Shown here in pieces: positions 62,665-64,000 of a DNA stretch of 64,000 bases. Origin of the DNA: Somniosus microcephalus (lineage: Eukaryota); assembly GCA_052327205.1 (NCBI GenBank), contig CM126220.1, forward strand, positions 10,850,001 to 10,914,000. The letters are read 5' to 3'. Made by a program: the position numbers and the translations under genes. The first letter of the stretch is position 1. Every line of letters begins with the position of its first letter. The notes below the pieces were generated by a model. That model worked only from the letters and a program-made list of their open reading frames with translations. It ran no database searches and was not told the DNA's origin.

Positions 62665-62810
62665 ATAACAACAGAGAATGCTGGAAAAACTCAGCAGGTC
62701 AGGCAACATCCCTGGAGAGAAATTGGAGTTGGGATGTTGCCTGCCCTGCTGAGTTTTTCCAGCATTCTCTGCTGTGATGTTGGATTTGCAGCGTCTGCAG
62801 TATTTTGCTA
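62665..62810. mobile_element. Penelope-type palindromic repeat, opposite orientation, centre deleted
   Basis: GAATGCTGGAAAAACTCAGCAGG..CAACATCCC / GGGATGTTGCCTG..CTGCTGAGTTTTTCCAGCATTC; ends TCTGCAGTATTTTG; no ribozyme core. Confidence 0.78.
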
Positions 62811-63594
62811 TCCCCTTGTGTGAGTGCTGTTTAAAGGATGTGGGATAGAGACTCATCATTGTGGTCACTTTGGCATGTACATTAATTAAGAATCGTCAGT
62901 CGCTCAATCACAAAAGTGCAAATCCCCTTTGGGTACTTGGTCAGTTTGGTTTTTCTATATTAAGATGTGCAGAATCTACAACTGGTTTGAAATCAAAAGT
63001 GGTTTCATGGTTAAGATATGACTCATTTTGTGGAACTATGTCAGCAATTTAGTTGCAAAATCTTTAATCTTACAGACACACGGCAGCTGCTATAAATAAT
63101 AATGTCTGCATTTTGGGATTGACTAAAGCTTTTTACTTTGTTGTGAAAACAATGAAAAACACCTCGAGCAGAGCTGGCTTTCTCTAAACATTCCCTCAGT
63201 TCCCATCATCAGGGTATTTTAAAAGTCTGAAGGCGTGTCTGTCAAACACTAACCACTTTTCTAAGATGATGTTGGTACACCCTGATAATATAGATAGTCT
63301 TGTTTATGCTTGGACTAGGAACTATTCCTGATCAATCAGAGCTGAAGTGAACCATTTCAATTCCTTCGATGTCCAGGTTTGTATAATTGAAGGCAACATT
63401 CCTTCAGTCAAAATTGTTTAACTATTGTAGACTCATAAAGCCCTTTGTCTATCTTTGCCAGCAAGTGAAAATTATCTAATGCCACTGTCAAGCAAATGGT
63501 GACGTAAGAGGAACTTCGAATGTAGTTACTTAAGTGTGTGAAAATAGGAGTAAACCAGGGTGTTGACTGGAAGAACAGCTTTGCTTCTTTTTAG

Positions 63595-63787
63595 ACTACC
63601 TGGATTATTGCTTACAGCTGCCATAATCCTATCAAAATAACTCAGGGTTTTTATTTTTGGGGTGCAGGATATGACTGAGTTTTTATGGAAGGCTGTCAAA
63701 ATTTCAATTTCTCTGCTGTTAACTGTTCGACCCTGTGGAAGCGGAGACCTGCATGCAAGAGTGTTCCTGAACCAGGCGATTGCATGA
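63595..63787 (+). pseudogene. Candidate terminal exon with premature stop
   Basis: Acceptor CTTTGCTTCTTTTTAG; LPGLLLTAAIILSK*LRVFIFGVQDMTEFLWKAVKISISLLLTVRPCGSGDLHARVFLNQAIA*. Confidence 0.2.
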
Positions 63788-63809
63788 ATTACACACAAAA
63801 CACTTCACT

Positions 63810-63945
63810 TCAGTTACTTTGTTGGCTCAATGGATAAATGCACTGCCGACTATCGTCCTGTGACACACAGACCCTGAAGGTCCAAGCTGGTCCTTGTTCT
63901 GCGCTATTAGCGGATCTCGGCTGTATCAGCGACAAGTTAAACTAG
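63810..63945 (+). mobile_element. AmnSINE2-like SINE 5' part
   Basis: TGGCTCAATGGATAAATGCACTG..ACACAGACCCTGAAGGTCC..TTAGCGGATCTCGGC. Confidence 0.55.
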
Positions 63946-64000
63946 AATTTGACTCGCTCATTCTCCCCTCCTCTCTTCCCGCCCCCCAGCTTGGAAAATA

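Noticed and set aside
62388-62666. Minus-strand 92-aa ORF
   Set aside because: No recognisable family and weak splice signals; cannot be distinguished from a chance ORF
63595-63840. In-frame TGA in TTWIIAYSC..GAGYD*VFMEGC as possible selenocysteine
   Set aside because: No recognisable selenoprotein context or SECIS in the window; other candidate exons have TAG/TAA stops, favouring decay or non-coding DNA

Overview
Repeat-rich vertebrate genomic DNA, almost certainly from a cartilaginous fish (shark-like): CpG-depleted background, many HER1-type CR1 LINE fragments, SacSINE1-like DeuSINEs and shark-type Penelope-associated palindromes. I found no confidently identifiable intact protein-coding gene, and no rRNA, tRNA or CRISPR. 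Mobile DNA includes CR1, L2, RTE, RTE-X and Rex1/Babar LINE pieces, four SINE types, pogo/Tigger-like, PIF/Harbinger-like and hAT MITEs, two solo LTRs and several nested insertions. The main points of interest are: (1) a young, structurally complete 1.74-kb non-autonomous Helitron (20416-22152, minus) carrying a CpG-island-like promoter and splice-donor cassette; (2) a minimal hammerhead ribozyme inside a Penelope-type palindrome (36697-36738); (3) a chain of splice-flanked, partly phase-compatible plus-strand exon candidates with premature stops, possibly a decaying unnamed gene spanning the window; (4) a SINE/LINE pair sharing a 3' tail; (5) several homeodomain-site-rich blocks resembling conserved non-coding elements. 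Family names come from my recollection of consensus motifs, not from database searches.
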